DNA of 64,000 nt from positions 48,545,355 to 48,609,354 of the forward strand of contig NC_069133.1 in assembly GCF_026914265.1 (NCBI RefSeq), written 5' to 3'. Source of the stretch: Mya arenaria (taxonomy: Eukaryota). The notes under the pieces were generated by a model that saw only the letters and a list, made by a program, of their open reading frames with translations, made no database searches and was not told the origin of the DNA. The translations under genes were made by a program, and so were the position numbers. Below, in pieces: positions 52,344 to 64,000 of the stretch. Positions within the stretch are counted from its first letter, which is position 1. Each line of letters begins with the position of its first letter.

Positions 52344-53398
52344 TTATTCAGTGAAACACTCAAACGTCATTAACGCTTCTTTTCCCGTGAATGCGTTCTT
52401 TGTCATCACTAGCAACTCCGTATCCCCGAACATAAACGTAGTTGTTATATCTTGTTCTTCAAACGGAATGTCCAAGCTGTTTTCCAGTGTAATTGTCCCT
52501 ATTAGTTCACATTCGGGGTCTGTTGTGTACTCGGGGCTCACCTGTGTGGTCCTGTAGATGGGTGTGATGGATATTTCACTGTTAGGAATACTCTCCATGG
52601 TAACCTGTTGGTCTACTCTCACCTCCTCGTTTATCCTCACGTACACATCGAAACATTTAGGAACATACCAATTTCCATTCATCCAAACCGTCTCCTCCTG
52701 ATATTTCTTTTCATCAAACATTCGATACACTTCTGTCCCATACGTGTACTTCATCAGCCTAGAAGAGACAATGAAGGGGTTGTGTCCAAACCTTACGGCG
52801 CCTTTCAACACGGCGAGGCCCGCGTCAGGAGGAACGATCAGTCTCACGCCGGGTAATTCATTCCTCATTCTCTTATGAACGTAAAGGCTTTCACCGAAGC
52901 CGCCGACAAGAATAGCTGTTTGCACGCTTTTCATATTTGGTTCTGCTAAAAGAGACTTTATATGATGAACCAACTTATCTATTGGTCGTTCAAACCATGA
53001 TTGGACAAGTACTGAATCAATCTTTAGCTTGTCTTTGCCCTTTTGTGTGATGGAATGTTCCTGTACTTTTAAGGCCGTAATTCGTTCCTCTAGGGAAATC
53101 GATGAATACTTGCACGCAAGGTCCCTCAGTGAAGCAGAAATACGAACAATTATCTGCGTTGTTTTGTCAGGTTCAAATGACCGTTTCTTGTATTCAAATT
53201 CCCGAGTGACGTCAAAATAATCGCTCATTTCCGTATTTCGGAGGTCAGTGAGAGCTTTTTCTCCGAAAAGTTCATTCAACATTTTCACATAATTTTCATC
53301 CACAGATATGCCTCCCCATGGACCTCCACTGGCTTTGTGGATTTCCTTCAGGGTTCCGTCTGGTTTCCTCTCATGAACAGATATATCGGCCGTTCCTC
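52344..53398 (-). CDS. HSPA12-like (atypical Hsp70 family 12) last coding exon, (G)GTADISVHERKPDGTLKEIHKASGGPWGGISVDE ... FECFTE*
   Basis: The minus-strand acceptor ...ttaaatcaag|gagg is at 53399-53400. The reading frame stays open to the stop at 52344-52346. The N-terminal 62 aa of the ORF-track protein 52344..53585 are intron read-through. Confidence 0.7.
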
Positions 53399-53606
53399 CT
53401 TGATTTAAAATAAATATATTTGTTTTCGTTTTATATATGTATGTATAGGTGACTGGTTGAGCAACATTCCAGAAAAAAAAAACTTTCGAGCGTTTCATTA
53501 TATTGCAATCAAATAAATTAGAGAATTGCGACAAGAAACCGTGAACGAGTGAAGCTTTGCGACAGATATAATACTTAAAAAACATGATTTAATAAATGTT
53601 CCCGAC

Positions 53607-53742
53607 CTCCAAGATCGATGACCATGTACTGTGCTCCTTGATCAGCCAGAGCGCCCTTAACGTCCATATCCAACGTTTCGCACCAGATCGAGGCACACTC
53701 CGACTCCAGGGCCAGCTTAAGGCGATTTGGGTCAATTCCAGC
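53607..53742 (-). CDS. HSPA12-like exon 3: AGIDPNRLKLALESECASIWCETLDMDVKGALADQGAQYMVIDLG(G)
   Basis: Acceptor ...tgtaaag|GCT; donor GGAG|GTCGGG; a 208-nt AT-rich intron follows. The ...VIDLGG | GTADISVHE junction recreates the conserved HSPA12 motif VVDCGGGTVDITVHE. Confidence 0.65.
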
Positions 53743-54366
53743 CTTTACAACAAAGTTTAGAAACTTATCATCATATTGAAACACAATTTTACTTAAACCA
53801 TAGTAGCCACATTTTCCAACCGTTTGCTATTCACTAATACTTGTTTAACACCTGTATTGCAATGGGTAATGAAAAATTAATGCGAAGAGTTATGCCCTTG
53901 TATACTTTTTCTAACAGGTTTCATTTAATATATGTAGTATATGATATATAATATACTTTTGGCAAAGCTATTTGAAGGCAGTCATTTATATTATTACTTT
54001 GGCGTTCCATTTGTTTACATTGCATTATATTAGGAGAGTACATATATTTTCGTAGAAGCATGAAATGCGGAACAAAACAGGTCTGTTATAATGTAGCCAT
54101 AATCGAAATGAAATATATGAATTTATGTAGGTTGTAAGGAAAGTTTTTTTTTCTAAGAATGCAATTTGTTTGGTTTGATATGATAAATAGAACATTTTCC
54201 TCTTTGGGTCGGATGTAACTATAAAGACAGACAAGTATCCCACGACATTAAACGGACCTCAGTCAATCTACTTCGTCAGGGCGGACTGGTAGATCATTAT
54301 TATTCCAACCGAAACTCAGTGGTGTGCATACTTTTAATTACAAACAAACTGAGGGGAAAGTCTTAC

Positions 54367-54585
54367 TTCTTCCGCCGCATCCCTCATAAATCTCTTTGCA
54401 TTCTCATCCCAGATAGCCGGGACGGTCAACACGTACAAAATGTCCGTCTCTTCGATTCCAATCTTTTGTTTGGTAACCGCCTCCAGTAGGTGTTCTCTCA
54501 GATATTTTAACGACATAACAAACAACGGGAAAGCGGTCATCTGTTTTCCGCAAACGTCCTCAACCGTAACATCTTTTGTCAAGTG
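54367..54585 (-). CDS. HSPA12-like exon 2: HLTKDVTVEDVCGKQMTAFPLFVMSLKYLREHLLEAVTKQKIGIEETDILYVLTVPAIWDENAKRFMRDAAEE
   Basis: Acceptor ...tctctag|CAC; donor GAA|GTAAGA; phase 0 to 0. TVPAIWD..AK.FMR.AA is a family signature. Confidence 0.7.
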
Positions 54586-55391
54586 CTAGAGATGACAGTA
54601 TTTGTGTAAGCTATTAATCGTTTGGCTTTATTGTCTTCAAGTTCATGTTGGCTCAAGTAAAGCCGTAAAGTTTTCGGTTTTTGATATTATGATAGATGTG
54701 AGATTTAATATTCTTAAACAGTTTAAACCCCTTCCGATCCACAGCGAACCCCAACCAATCCTCAGTGAACCCAACCCGACCCATATAGTGAACACTCCCG
54801 GATCCCAAGTGACCCCCTGGTTTACTGACTATCCGTTCCTAGGCGACAAAAAGAACATATATGGATGAGGATATGATTGGTTATGTAATCTGTGTATCTA
54901 TAATGATGACTCTACAGGTGTGTTTCTCAATGAACGTGTTGAGGCCTTGAATCGTTTCGTTGGCTACTTGGCGTTCTGTTGTTTGACTACTTGGCTTTTT
55001 GCCTTCATGGTAACTTGGCTATATGGAAATTGGGCTACTGGCCACTTGGCTACTAGCTACATGACTTGACTCAGTAGTATCCATAATATCCATGATGGTT
55101 AAAAATATACGTGACGTATTATGCGAAAATGGGTCGTTGCACGTTAAAAATAGTGTGCCTATTAAACATAACATTAATCTGGAAATGGAACTTTACACAT
55201 TGTGTCACTTCTGATCCAATCGTTTCTTTAAGTTTTAGTTTTTGATGAGTGTAAATGCTTCCATATGACTTGTTTTCGCAGATAATTTTACATATTTAAC
55301 ATTATTCTGTTGACATATGTCGCATATACAGGCCAAAGTCGAACAAAAAAAAACAATTTAAACAAGTAAACATATTTCTAAATTAGCTTAC

Positions 55392-55703
55392 CTTATTATT
55401 ATGCAACATCATCTTAAACCTCCTAAAAAGCCTCCAGCCGTGGTGCTCATCGTCGTCAGCTAGGTTTGCGTACTTGTCTTCGGCCTCGTAACCAAATTTG
55501 TCAAACTCTCCAATTGTGTTTAATAGGACAGATGTTGGGGTCTTTAAAGAGACCAATCTTGATGTCACACCCCCTGCGTACCAGCTCTGGTTTGTCTGAA
55601 TCTTGTTTGGGTCGTCTCGGAAAGAGAAAGCATAGCCACTGTAAGTGGTTCCGAAGTCGAAAGCGGCAACCAGCAGGGTCAGGCTTTGAGCATCGCTTGC
55701 CAT
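55392..55703 (-). CDS. HSPA12-like first coding exon: MASDAQSLTLLVAAFDFGTTYSGYAFSFRDDPNKIQTNQSWYAGGV...FGYEAEDKY...MMLHNNK
   Basis: The ATG is at 55703-55701; an in-frame upstream ATG at 55721 is also possible. AAG|GTAAGC donor at 55391. AFDFGTTYSGYAF is the HSPA12 N-terminal ATP-binding (phosphate-1) motif. Confidence 0.7.
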
Positions 55704-56217
55704 GGCTAAGTAAAACAACACGCCACTCTAAAACAAGACAGACATGTAAGGCTGAAGGTGATTTTGTAGTTACCGCTTCTGAGCCATTAGTTCACCATGC
55801 GTTTCAAAGTATCTTCAATAGACTAAGAAATAATCTGTATGCGACATTCTTTTATTTACTTTTGGTATATTTAAGAAAAGGTTTCAATCCCACTGACGGT
55901 TAGGATTTTTTTAATGAGCACTCATTTCATTTTGCGGTTATTTCAACAGAAAGCTTTTGAACGAATGTTCACGCGCGTGCCATAGTAATAGATGATTTAG
56001 ATGTTCACACATGGAGCAGCAAATATTGTAAGTCAGTTATCATCCCCGACGTTAAGTTCTGACTTTTAATTCAATTAAATTTAACAAGGTAATAACAACG
56101 TTTCCAGAAACTGATTTATCGCCTTTAATTGTGTACGTCCGCGAACAAGGAATAATGTGAAAGAGTGTTTTAGATAGAGTCGCAAACGCAAATGTTTCTC
56201 GTATCCTACTCAGGGTG

Positions 56218-56290
56218 CGTGAATCGGGCCCCAATTTCTCGAAACTTCTTAAGCTTAACAGGCTTAAGTCCCTTATTATTGGGACCAGGT
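56218..56290. repeat. Partial (one-end) copy of the MITE family seen at 33640-33900
   Basis: gggccccaatttctcgaaacttcttaagcttaacaggcttaagtccc matches the left TIR and the adjacent sequence of the 33640 element. I found no second terminus nearby. Confidence 0.5.
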
Positions 56291-59200
56291 GTTTATGCTA
56301 CATTTATTGATTGTTTTAAGTAGATAATTTCATCAATTAAAGCGCTTAAAGCGTAGACAGCTGCCTACTACGTTTTGAGAGTAAAGTCATGTAATGCCGA
56401 ATGCAGCGGAAAGTGTATGCAGATTTCCCAGTTTGTCTCAGTAATTTCAACCCAGACTCATAAGCATGTTGCATATGTATTTAATGTTTAAACCACAGAC
56501 TGATATAAATCTAAATTCATTGTGTCCACGAGTAATATACCTTTGGAGCAATATTTAGATACATCAATACATTTAAGGAATACATTATACGTAGGTGTTT
56601 CGATCCAGAGGAATTTTGCGCGATAATCCTATCATTGTAGAGCGAAACCTTAGACGTTATTAACATGTCTAATGTATTTAGATTGATGCATGTGGTCGAG
56701 CATTGTAAATTTAATACGACTCATGTTTGAAGTGTAGATTTTGTTTGCTAAACAAATGCCTAAATGCTTTATCTGTGTCAAGCCGTTATTTATGAAACCA
56801 ACGTTCCAGATAAGGTTTCATATACAATTGATGATAATTCTTTACTTTTGCAATTAATTTGGTATTACATAAAGTCATTGAGTATTTCAAGAAACAGTAA
56901 CTCAATGATTTTGATTTAGTTGAGTTCAGCATAAAACAATCTATAAATATTTGCGGAAAAAATCATGAACATGCATATACTATCGTAGATGTTTTATTTG
57001 TTTTACAATTACATGACTAAACTCACAAAACATAGCAGGCCTCAAGTCTTTCGACGCTTTAAACACTTTCATTCCAAATCTGAGGCCACTTTACAAAATT
57101 ATTTGATTGTGATATTAAACACCTTTTTCTTCCTATCTATATGGCATTTTGCTGGAAACTGATCACTATTCTAAAACGCTTGCATAAAATAATTATGGGA
57201 TTTCTCGCCTGTTTCCGGATATAATCGTTTTTACCAAGCCGTCAACGATAAGCTTCTTGTGTCATACGTCGAGATCTAAGTTGACATTCTGTTTGGTTCC
57301 GATAAAACAGCCAATCACAAAAAAACAAAGACACAGATTTTTTTTAACCGATAGTTTCTAGATCCCCGCAAGTATTATAAAATGTAAACATAGATATATA
57401 AATGCAAGCGGGATGGAGTATCCTATATTCATTTTGGTTCAGAACGCGTTCATTTTGATTTTTTACATAGTCTGCTTTAAGAATTCCTTTTTGGTCCTTA
57501 TCATTATTGAAATAATTGCGTTTTCTAGGATTTTAATTGCGTTATAACGCAAGTACGGTGCTTATACGCATTTTTTTTTTATCTTAACCACACAAAACAT
57601 TGTATGAATATTTATTACAGAGCTACTTAAGTAGCTACTGAAGCATAAAGCAGATTCGTAGTTATTAGAGCAGATTAATAATGTAAAATATGTTGTTGAC
57701 CACCGCAGTTCTCACAGTGCTGGGGTTGATACGCCCGTGGTGCATTAATACTTGAATTATTTAAAATGTGTCGATCTGCCGATGGTAATTCTGATTCACG
57801 GTTAAAAAACATTGCAGTCCTAAAAAACGAATATACAATCAAACATTACACCATTAATGTTTTAGATCGTGTTTTCGTTTAGTTTAATATTTTAATAAAG
57901 CATGTTTTTAAACGACAAGTGCTTTCGATCTATGAAAGGAATAAATTAGACCTTAAAGAATTTGAAAAACTTAACTACTTCCTTGTTTATCAAATATCAA
58001 TCAATATTCCAAAAGTAAATTTTGAAAAGTTGATCATAAAACACTATTCATTAGTTTTACTCGTATTTTCATACGACGTTAGTAAAACAATTATTTGTAC
58101 ATGTTTTGCAACAATGATTAAGAATAATAGCGTAATTAATGAGTGAATTAAATGAGTTACCTTGATGATCCTCGAGACCAGGTTGTATCAATATCTGCCC
58201 GGGTTTCTTTGTAATATGTTATCTGTTAAAATATTGCAGCCAGTAATCTTCTTAATATTCTGTGAACCAGTCATGTGTATGACTACATTCAAACACCGTT
58301 TATCCGAAATCATCTGGACCCAGATAAAAAAAAATTCTGAAAAGCAATATTTCCGATTAACAATTTTTAGAAAATAACAACGTTTGCGATTTATAGATAA
58401 TGTAAATTATTAAGTCGTGAAGAGTGCAATGTCGGCTACACGTTACCAACAGGTTACATTTAGTTTGAGAGATCATTAATGAATAATAGTTTGCTATTAT
58501 ACTTCTTATAAGGGACTGTACACCAGATTGGCACCAAAAAAAAGTGTTTTTTTCTGTAACGAATCTCAGGACAATTATTTAATAAAATGTTTTTCTCTTT
58601 AATATCATAATTGGAAAACAAATACCAAAATGTAAAATCAAATCGAGTCGGACACCAGGTTCGAATCGGTGTCGCCAAAATTGCAGTCCAGTGTTGTAAC
58701 CATTGTGCCACGAAGGCTTACACTATACATTTGGAATATTTAAGCTATATACCTAACTTGGTAATATTACGTGATAAAATCGACTAGCCAATCACGCATA
58801 AGGAATGAATTCTACTAGGTAGACATACCTAGTAATCTTTTTAATTGAAAAATACGAAAAAAACTGCGAACAATGAATTAATTGTAAACTATGTGGTACT
58901 TCAGTTAGTAAGTTTCAAAGCATTGTTACACATCGATACCAAGTTTATATCAGTTTTCGACAATGTTATTTTTTTTCGCTATTTCATCATACGGAGTACA
59001 GCCCCTTTAATACTTGTTTTATTGAAACAACATTATACATTTCATTTTAAAACTTCTAAAACCAACAAAAAATGTCTGTTTGATAATCGTGTTATTGTTG
59101 ATTTCTGTTGTTGATTTTCAATTATTACAATATGGTCAAATCCCATTACCCGAAAAAGAGATATTATGTTTTTCAGAAACATTTTCCATCTTTTTGACAC

Positions 59201-62200
59201 GTGACCAAGCGAAAATTCACTGTCAGGTCATGTGACCGCAGTGATATTTTGAATGTCATACAAGAGCAAATTACTGCTTCAATATTTTAGCTAAATCATG
59301 ACGTGATTGCCTCCCTTATACAGATACAGCAGTGACGTCATTGTTCAATGTGTACACAAAATCTCAGACGATAGGAACTATCAGAAATGAAACAGTGGAC
59401 TTTTGTACTAGAAATTATTATTTGTATATGTTATATTTTGTCTACATTGTTAAAATTGTTTAATTAAATGAATTAAAAACATTTTAAAACTGTTTTATGT
59501 TGTTAATTTTGTTCGGTATAATAACATAAATATAATATGATATTTTTATAATGCCATTCCTTAACAAGCGCTTATTGTGGTTCATTATCACCTTAAGCCT
59601 ATGCCCGAGTGCTATTGCAGTATGTTGTGAAAAACAATGAGATGATCGAGTTCAAAATAAGGATTGATAAATAGGTGTGAAATACCAATTCCGGACCGTA
59701 TTTTTTACTTCGAAATAGCGATTTCGGATAATTGATTAAAACATGATTTAGTTTAACAAGAAAGAATAAAATCGGGACATATTTTTTTCTCGAAATAGCG
59801 ATAATATATATTAAAGCCTCAGTGTCACTTAAAATTAAGTAATTAGAGAAAAAAATAAAAGAGTAAATAACTATGATAGAGACTCATATATTATCTGATG
59901 AATTCTCGAGGTTATATAAAAACGAAATCAATGGAAAACACCAACGAAATTCCAAACTGGTCCACTGACTATATGCTAATGAGGCAGAAAAGTGAGCGGA
60001 TCATAGCATCAATGTTGTATAGTTAAAAACGAGAAATGGTGTCATTTTTGAGAGGCAACTAGGTACTCGCTCATATTTTTGTAAAATGTATGTTTTGTGT
60101 ATACCGAAATATAGTGTGACACATTATAAGGAGCGTTAAAACTAAGATACTCAGTAAACCTGGAACCCTTCAGCAAATATTTGCTAAAAGATCGTTTTTG
60201 AAGACAACAATTTTCATGGTTTGTTGTTGAGCTATTGGTTGATTTACATTATCACTTGATGTTATTAATGTATTGCAAAGATGTCAAAATATCGATTTGA
60301 CCGGCAAGGGACTTTCAACCCCACTAGAACCAAAATAGTGTTTATACTATAACTGTACTTTTTCTGCAATTTCGATATCCTTGCTTAAAATAATGATAAA
60401 ATATGAAAAAAATAAGTGTTCATTGTCGGGAAAAACTTGAGAAAAATCCGACCCGAGACTGCGTTGCCAGGTAACGCGGATTGCCGATATTTTTCTAGCA
60501 TACATTAGATTACGTTTTTTGTGAAAAACAGGCTAAGAAAAACATTTTTTTGTAAATTTCACCAACAAGCGTATGCGATTATGATTACTGACGTCATGAC
60601 GCCCAGTATTTTGTATTCACTGCAAACGTCAAGAAGTTCCTTCAATATAACGTCTTTAAAGGATTATTTTACTCTGAAATGTCATAATTATGTTTACATA
60701 AAGTGCATAATAAAAGAAATAGAAAGTATTGCGTCACAGCGCGTGACTTGGCTAGCATGGGGTGGGGGTACCAGATAGAGTTTTCCAGCACGGCTAAATT
60801 CACCGGCAATGCCTTTCCGGTGTGCTAGAATACCGATAATGGCTCTCCATTAAGATTAGACAGCACTACGGAACGAATAGTGAAAAAACAACATGTATTA
60901 CTATCCTCAATGATATAAAATGTCCTATCATTGATCGCAGTCCTACGGATCGGATAGGTCGGCCAAGCACTCCAGAAAATCGTAATAATATTCTGTGTTA
61001 TTTGGACGTCGTCCTATTGAACGGACATGATCAAGATAAAAAAAATCATTGCGTTACCCTTACCCATCATCACGTGTAACGGTTTTTTAAGGACGTCTTC
61101 CGTCAGCATCAGATCGGAGAATCAGGACGCTGTCGGGACAGGTTTGTTCTTTACAATGAACAATATTTATTTGTTGTCGTCATTCGATAAACGTTTTAAA
61201 AATTATATTATAAAGTTTAATTTTTAATCGGAACTGGTTCTTTCAAGTACGGCAATACAAATCCTGGATGTGTGACTTAGGTTTAAAAACTGTCTGTCAA
61301 TAAACGTCCAATAAATGTCCAAATACTAACGGCTTTTTGTCCAACGAAAACTTTCGGGGGCATTTGGTAAGTTCTTTTGATAGTGTTTGTTTATAATTTG
61401 AGAAATCGGAGATTGCATTGCCATTTAAATATGTTTAATCTTCACACGCACTACCGGTATTTTGTAAACATACTGTTCATGGAGAAAGAAGAGCGATTCT
61501 CGCATCAAACACATGCATGTTTACAAATAAAAGTAGACAATTGCATTAATTTTCAGCTGAATTTCACTTAAAGTGACACTCTTATTCAAAATCAATACAT
61601 ACACTTGTATACCAAACATCAGTTTTGACTGATAAACCTTTTAGCTACTTACTAAATAATGCATTTATGGAAAATATTAATCACTGATAACGATATTGTA
61701 ACCGTGTATTCAATAGCAGAAAGCGCAAAATATTAAATGATTGGTGAATGTTAAAAGATTTACTGTGGTCTACTATAGTCTTATAAGATAGAAATACCGT
61801 CGTTCATGCTCATTTCTATCAAATTAAACTCGGTATCCTTCACAAGAACCATTGTTTTCGACATGTATTCATCCTTTATGGAATATTAAAACAATATTAT
61901 TAATTGTGGTAAATCTTATCTTGGAGTAAGAGTGCATCTTTAAGAAGTTTACATTTTTTTAAGAGACAACCAGTATTATCGAGTGCATGTATTAACAAAA
62001 GAACGTTATTGAACGTTATGTTTTCCCTGTATTGACACTTAATGTAAATAAAATTATTCAGAATATATTGCGTAATCTTACGCGTTGGTTTCAGAAGGAG
62101 TAATATGTATCAATCACCTGCAGTTTCTTCCAAATGAGAAACAGCTATATAGCATATAGGACGAATAAGCTGTATTACGAGTTTGGGTCTCAAGAACATA

Positions 62201-64000
62201 AAATAATCAACGAGTTAGCCAGATACAGCCACCAGCTAAATTAGGTAGTCATTTACGTGAAAACTGCCTTATTAAAGTCTTGTTTTTATTACTATTAATT
62301 TTCTCACCGTATCAGCATCCGTATATCTAATTATTTTGAAAACAAACAATACGGAAAATTTCCTCATTCGGTTGCGAACAGTCGACACTTTGATACAATC
62401 TCGAGGTCATGTCTCGACAGCTTGAAAGGTACAGTACTGTTTAAACTAATAAAGATTTATATGGGTGCTTATTCTAACGTTTAATTAAATAAAAGTACAT
62501 CACCTTATATGCAATGAAGTAAAAATGTTAAGGCTTTCGCTGTATATGAAGTTACTTATCTGATAATGGGAAATTATTAATTTCCAAATATTAAAACGAT
62601 AATCAATGTTCAGAAGTGTGTTTTTTAAATGAATGAAACACTTTAAATATATTATTAATACAGTCATAGTTGCTTAAAACAGAATATCATTTGTAAACTA
62701 GAGGTGCTATTAGTATCTCGTTCCTTGTTTTGTTGAACTATATTTTAGCTTCTAGATTGCCATCATGTCCAAGTGCTATTGTCTCCTTAGGCCTTAAACA
62801 TATTATGAACCCCTTAACAAAGTTGTCGTTTAGTATTGCCTATAAACTGTCTGAAGTTCCCGTTGTATTATTGACAATAATATTCTATAAGAAGTTAAAA
62901 AAATACCTAGAAGGATGAGACTTTGACACGTTGATGGAATTTGGCGTTCCTAAGACATGTATAAACACTTTTACATTGTTGCAAAAGCATTGCCAAGTTG
63001 TTTTGTTCTTGTGCTGTAGAATTAATTATGTACCATGTACATCATAATACAAAAACGAAGATGGCTATGAAGACAAATTATACCATACAAACAAATTTCC
63101 CATACGAAACGCATTAATTCATTAAAAAAAAAAAACATACCTATCAATCTGTTTGAAACAAGCAACAGCTAAAATGACGCATTTGCTTGTATGTGTCTGT
63201 CCTGTAGAAAAATAGCATAACAAAATACATGGTATGATTGTAAGTGCACGTTGACTCTGCATTTAATGTGTGCCCCTTTCCGATAGCATTAGTTTCAACA
63301 GCAATAATGTTAAGCAATAACCGCAACATTTAAAGTATCAAAGAAATAAAAAGAAGGGAAAAAACAGCACACTTAGGTAGAATTGCAATCACGAACAGGG
63401 CTGTTCACAGCAGGGCGTGGCATGTATGGGATATTTCCGATCTTTTGTTGTCCACACGTTTGTCATTGGGATTCACTTGGTAATATGAGACAGGTCATGT
63501 GGAGCTTCGGACCAACATGAAATTTAACAATTGGCACCAGAATGAGAAGAAGGGGGAAACTGACTACTTATTTTTAGACATAACCTCAACGACCAGACGC
63601 GTTTAAAGCCATTTCCTTTTAAACATATTTAACATCCGGGGGAAGAATAGCGACGGGTTTTATCATGTTATCGAAATACAATATACGGTGTAACGGACAA
63701 AAATTGACCATCACCTGAACAGGCTAGATAGATGTACACACTTGTTTAAACGAAAAGTTACTGTACCTACTCACACTCAATTATGTCGTGTCTATATGCC
63801 TTTAAATGGGCACCATATACCTTGATGCAAACAGATAGGTTTTTTAATGCATTATTAATTACGTTTAACTCATTTTAGTTCAATTATCAAAATAAATAAT
63901 GCACCAGTCAATTGTAACCACGCCCCCCCCCCCCAGGTCCGGGGGTATACCGGGGATAGCCGGGGGAATGGGCCGTGTTTTTACCTTTCAGGTGGCCCCG

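Noticed and set aside
52351-53220. Short + strand ORFs (68, 82 and 63 aa) inside the HSPA12-like locus
   Set aside because: Antisense to a well-supported conserved CDS, with no similarity to any known family.
53399-53606. Reading the 62 N-terminal residues of ORF 52344..53585 (MFFKYYICRK…ILNQ) as part of the Hsp70 protein
   Set aside because: This is AT-rich intron read-through. Splicing GGAG|GT…AG|GA restores the conserved VIDLGGGTADISVHE motif.

Overview
This window is eukaryotic nuclear DNA, not prokaryotic. It is AT-rich, has GT-AG introns, and carries microsatellites, minisatellites and retrotransposon remnants. The gene content (an HSPA12-type atypical Hsp70 and death-domain receptor paralogues) and the repeat landscape suggest a bivalve mollusc; that assignment is an inference.

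The main structure is a large tandem segmental duplication. Block A (1 to ~12.6 kb) and block B (~27.96 to ~45.4 kb) are clearly homologous in exons, introns and flanks. Each block carries a + strand multi-exon gene for a predicted single-pass type I membrane protein with:
- a short signal peptide;
- a Cys-rich ectodomain spread over three exons;
- a Ser/Thr-rich stalk;
- a transmembrane helix;
- an intracellular death domain (DD);
- an acidic Asn/Asp/Thr repeat tail.

The two paralogues differ in several ways:
- Gene A has a tandem duplication of a symmetric 117-nt exon.
- Gene B has a ~10-fold expansion of a 78-nt coding minisatellite in its last exon, and a diverged stop.
- There are in-frame indels in four exons.
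- Gene B has private insertions: a MITE with terminal inverted repeats, a 31-bp satellite array flanked by 62-bp direct repeats, and a perfect 24-bp-arm hairpin.
- Gene A has a much larger trinucleotide microsatellite upstream of the gene.

The stretch between the blocks (12.6 to 28 kb) holds Gypsy-type pol remnants (reverse transcriptase (RT), then RNase H (RH) and integrase), a Crypton/DUF3504-like tyrosine-recombinase (YR) fragment, an 18-bp minisatellite, and a possible first exon of an unknown minus-strand gene.

Downstream are two degenerate LINE (non-LTR retrotransposon) copies (46.1 to 49.5 kb on -, 50.4 to 51.6 kb on +) and a minus-strand HSPA12-like Hsp70 gene with four coding exons (52.3 to 55.7 kb).

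I found no convincing rRNA or tRNA genes (only tRNA-like SINE fragments) and no CRISPR arrays; the tandem arrays present are contiguous satellites without spacers.

All exon coordinates were derived by hand from frame continuity, GT/AG consensus and conservation between the two paralogues. Treat them as accurate to within a few nucleotides.
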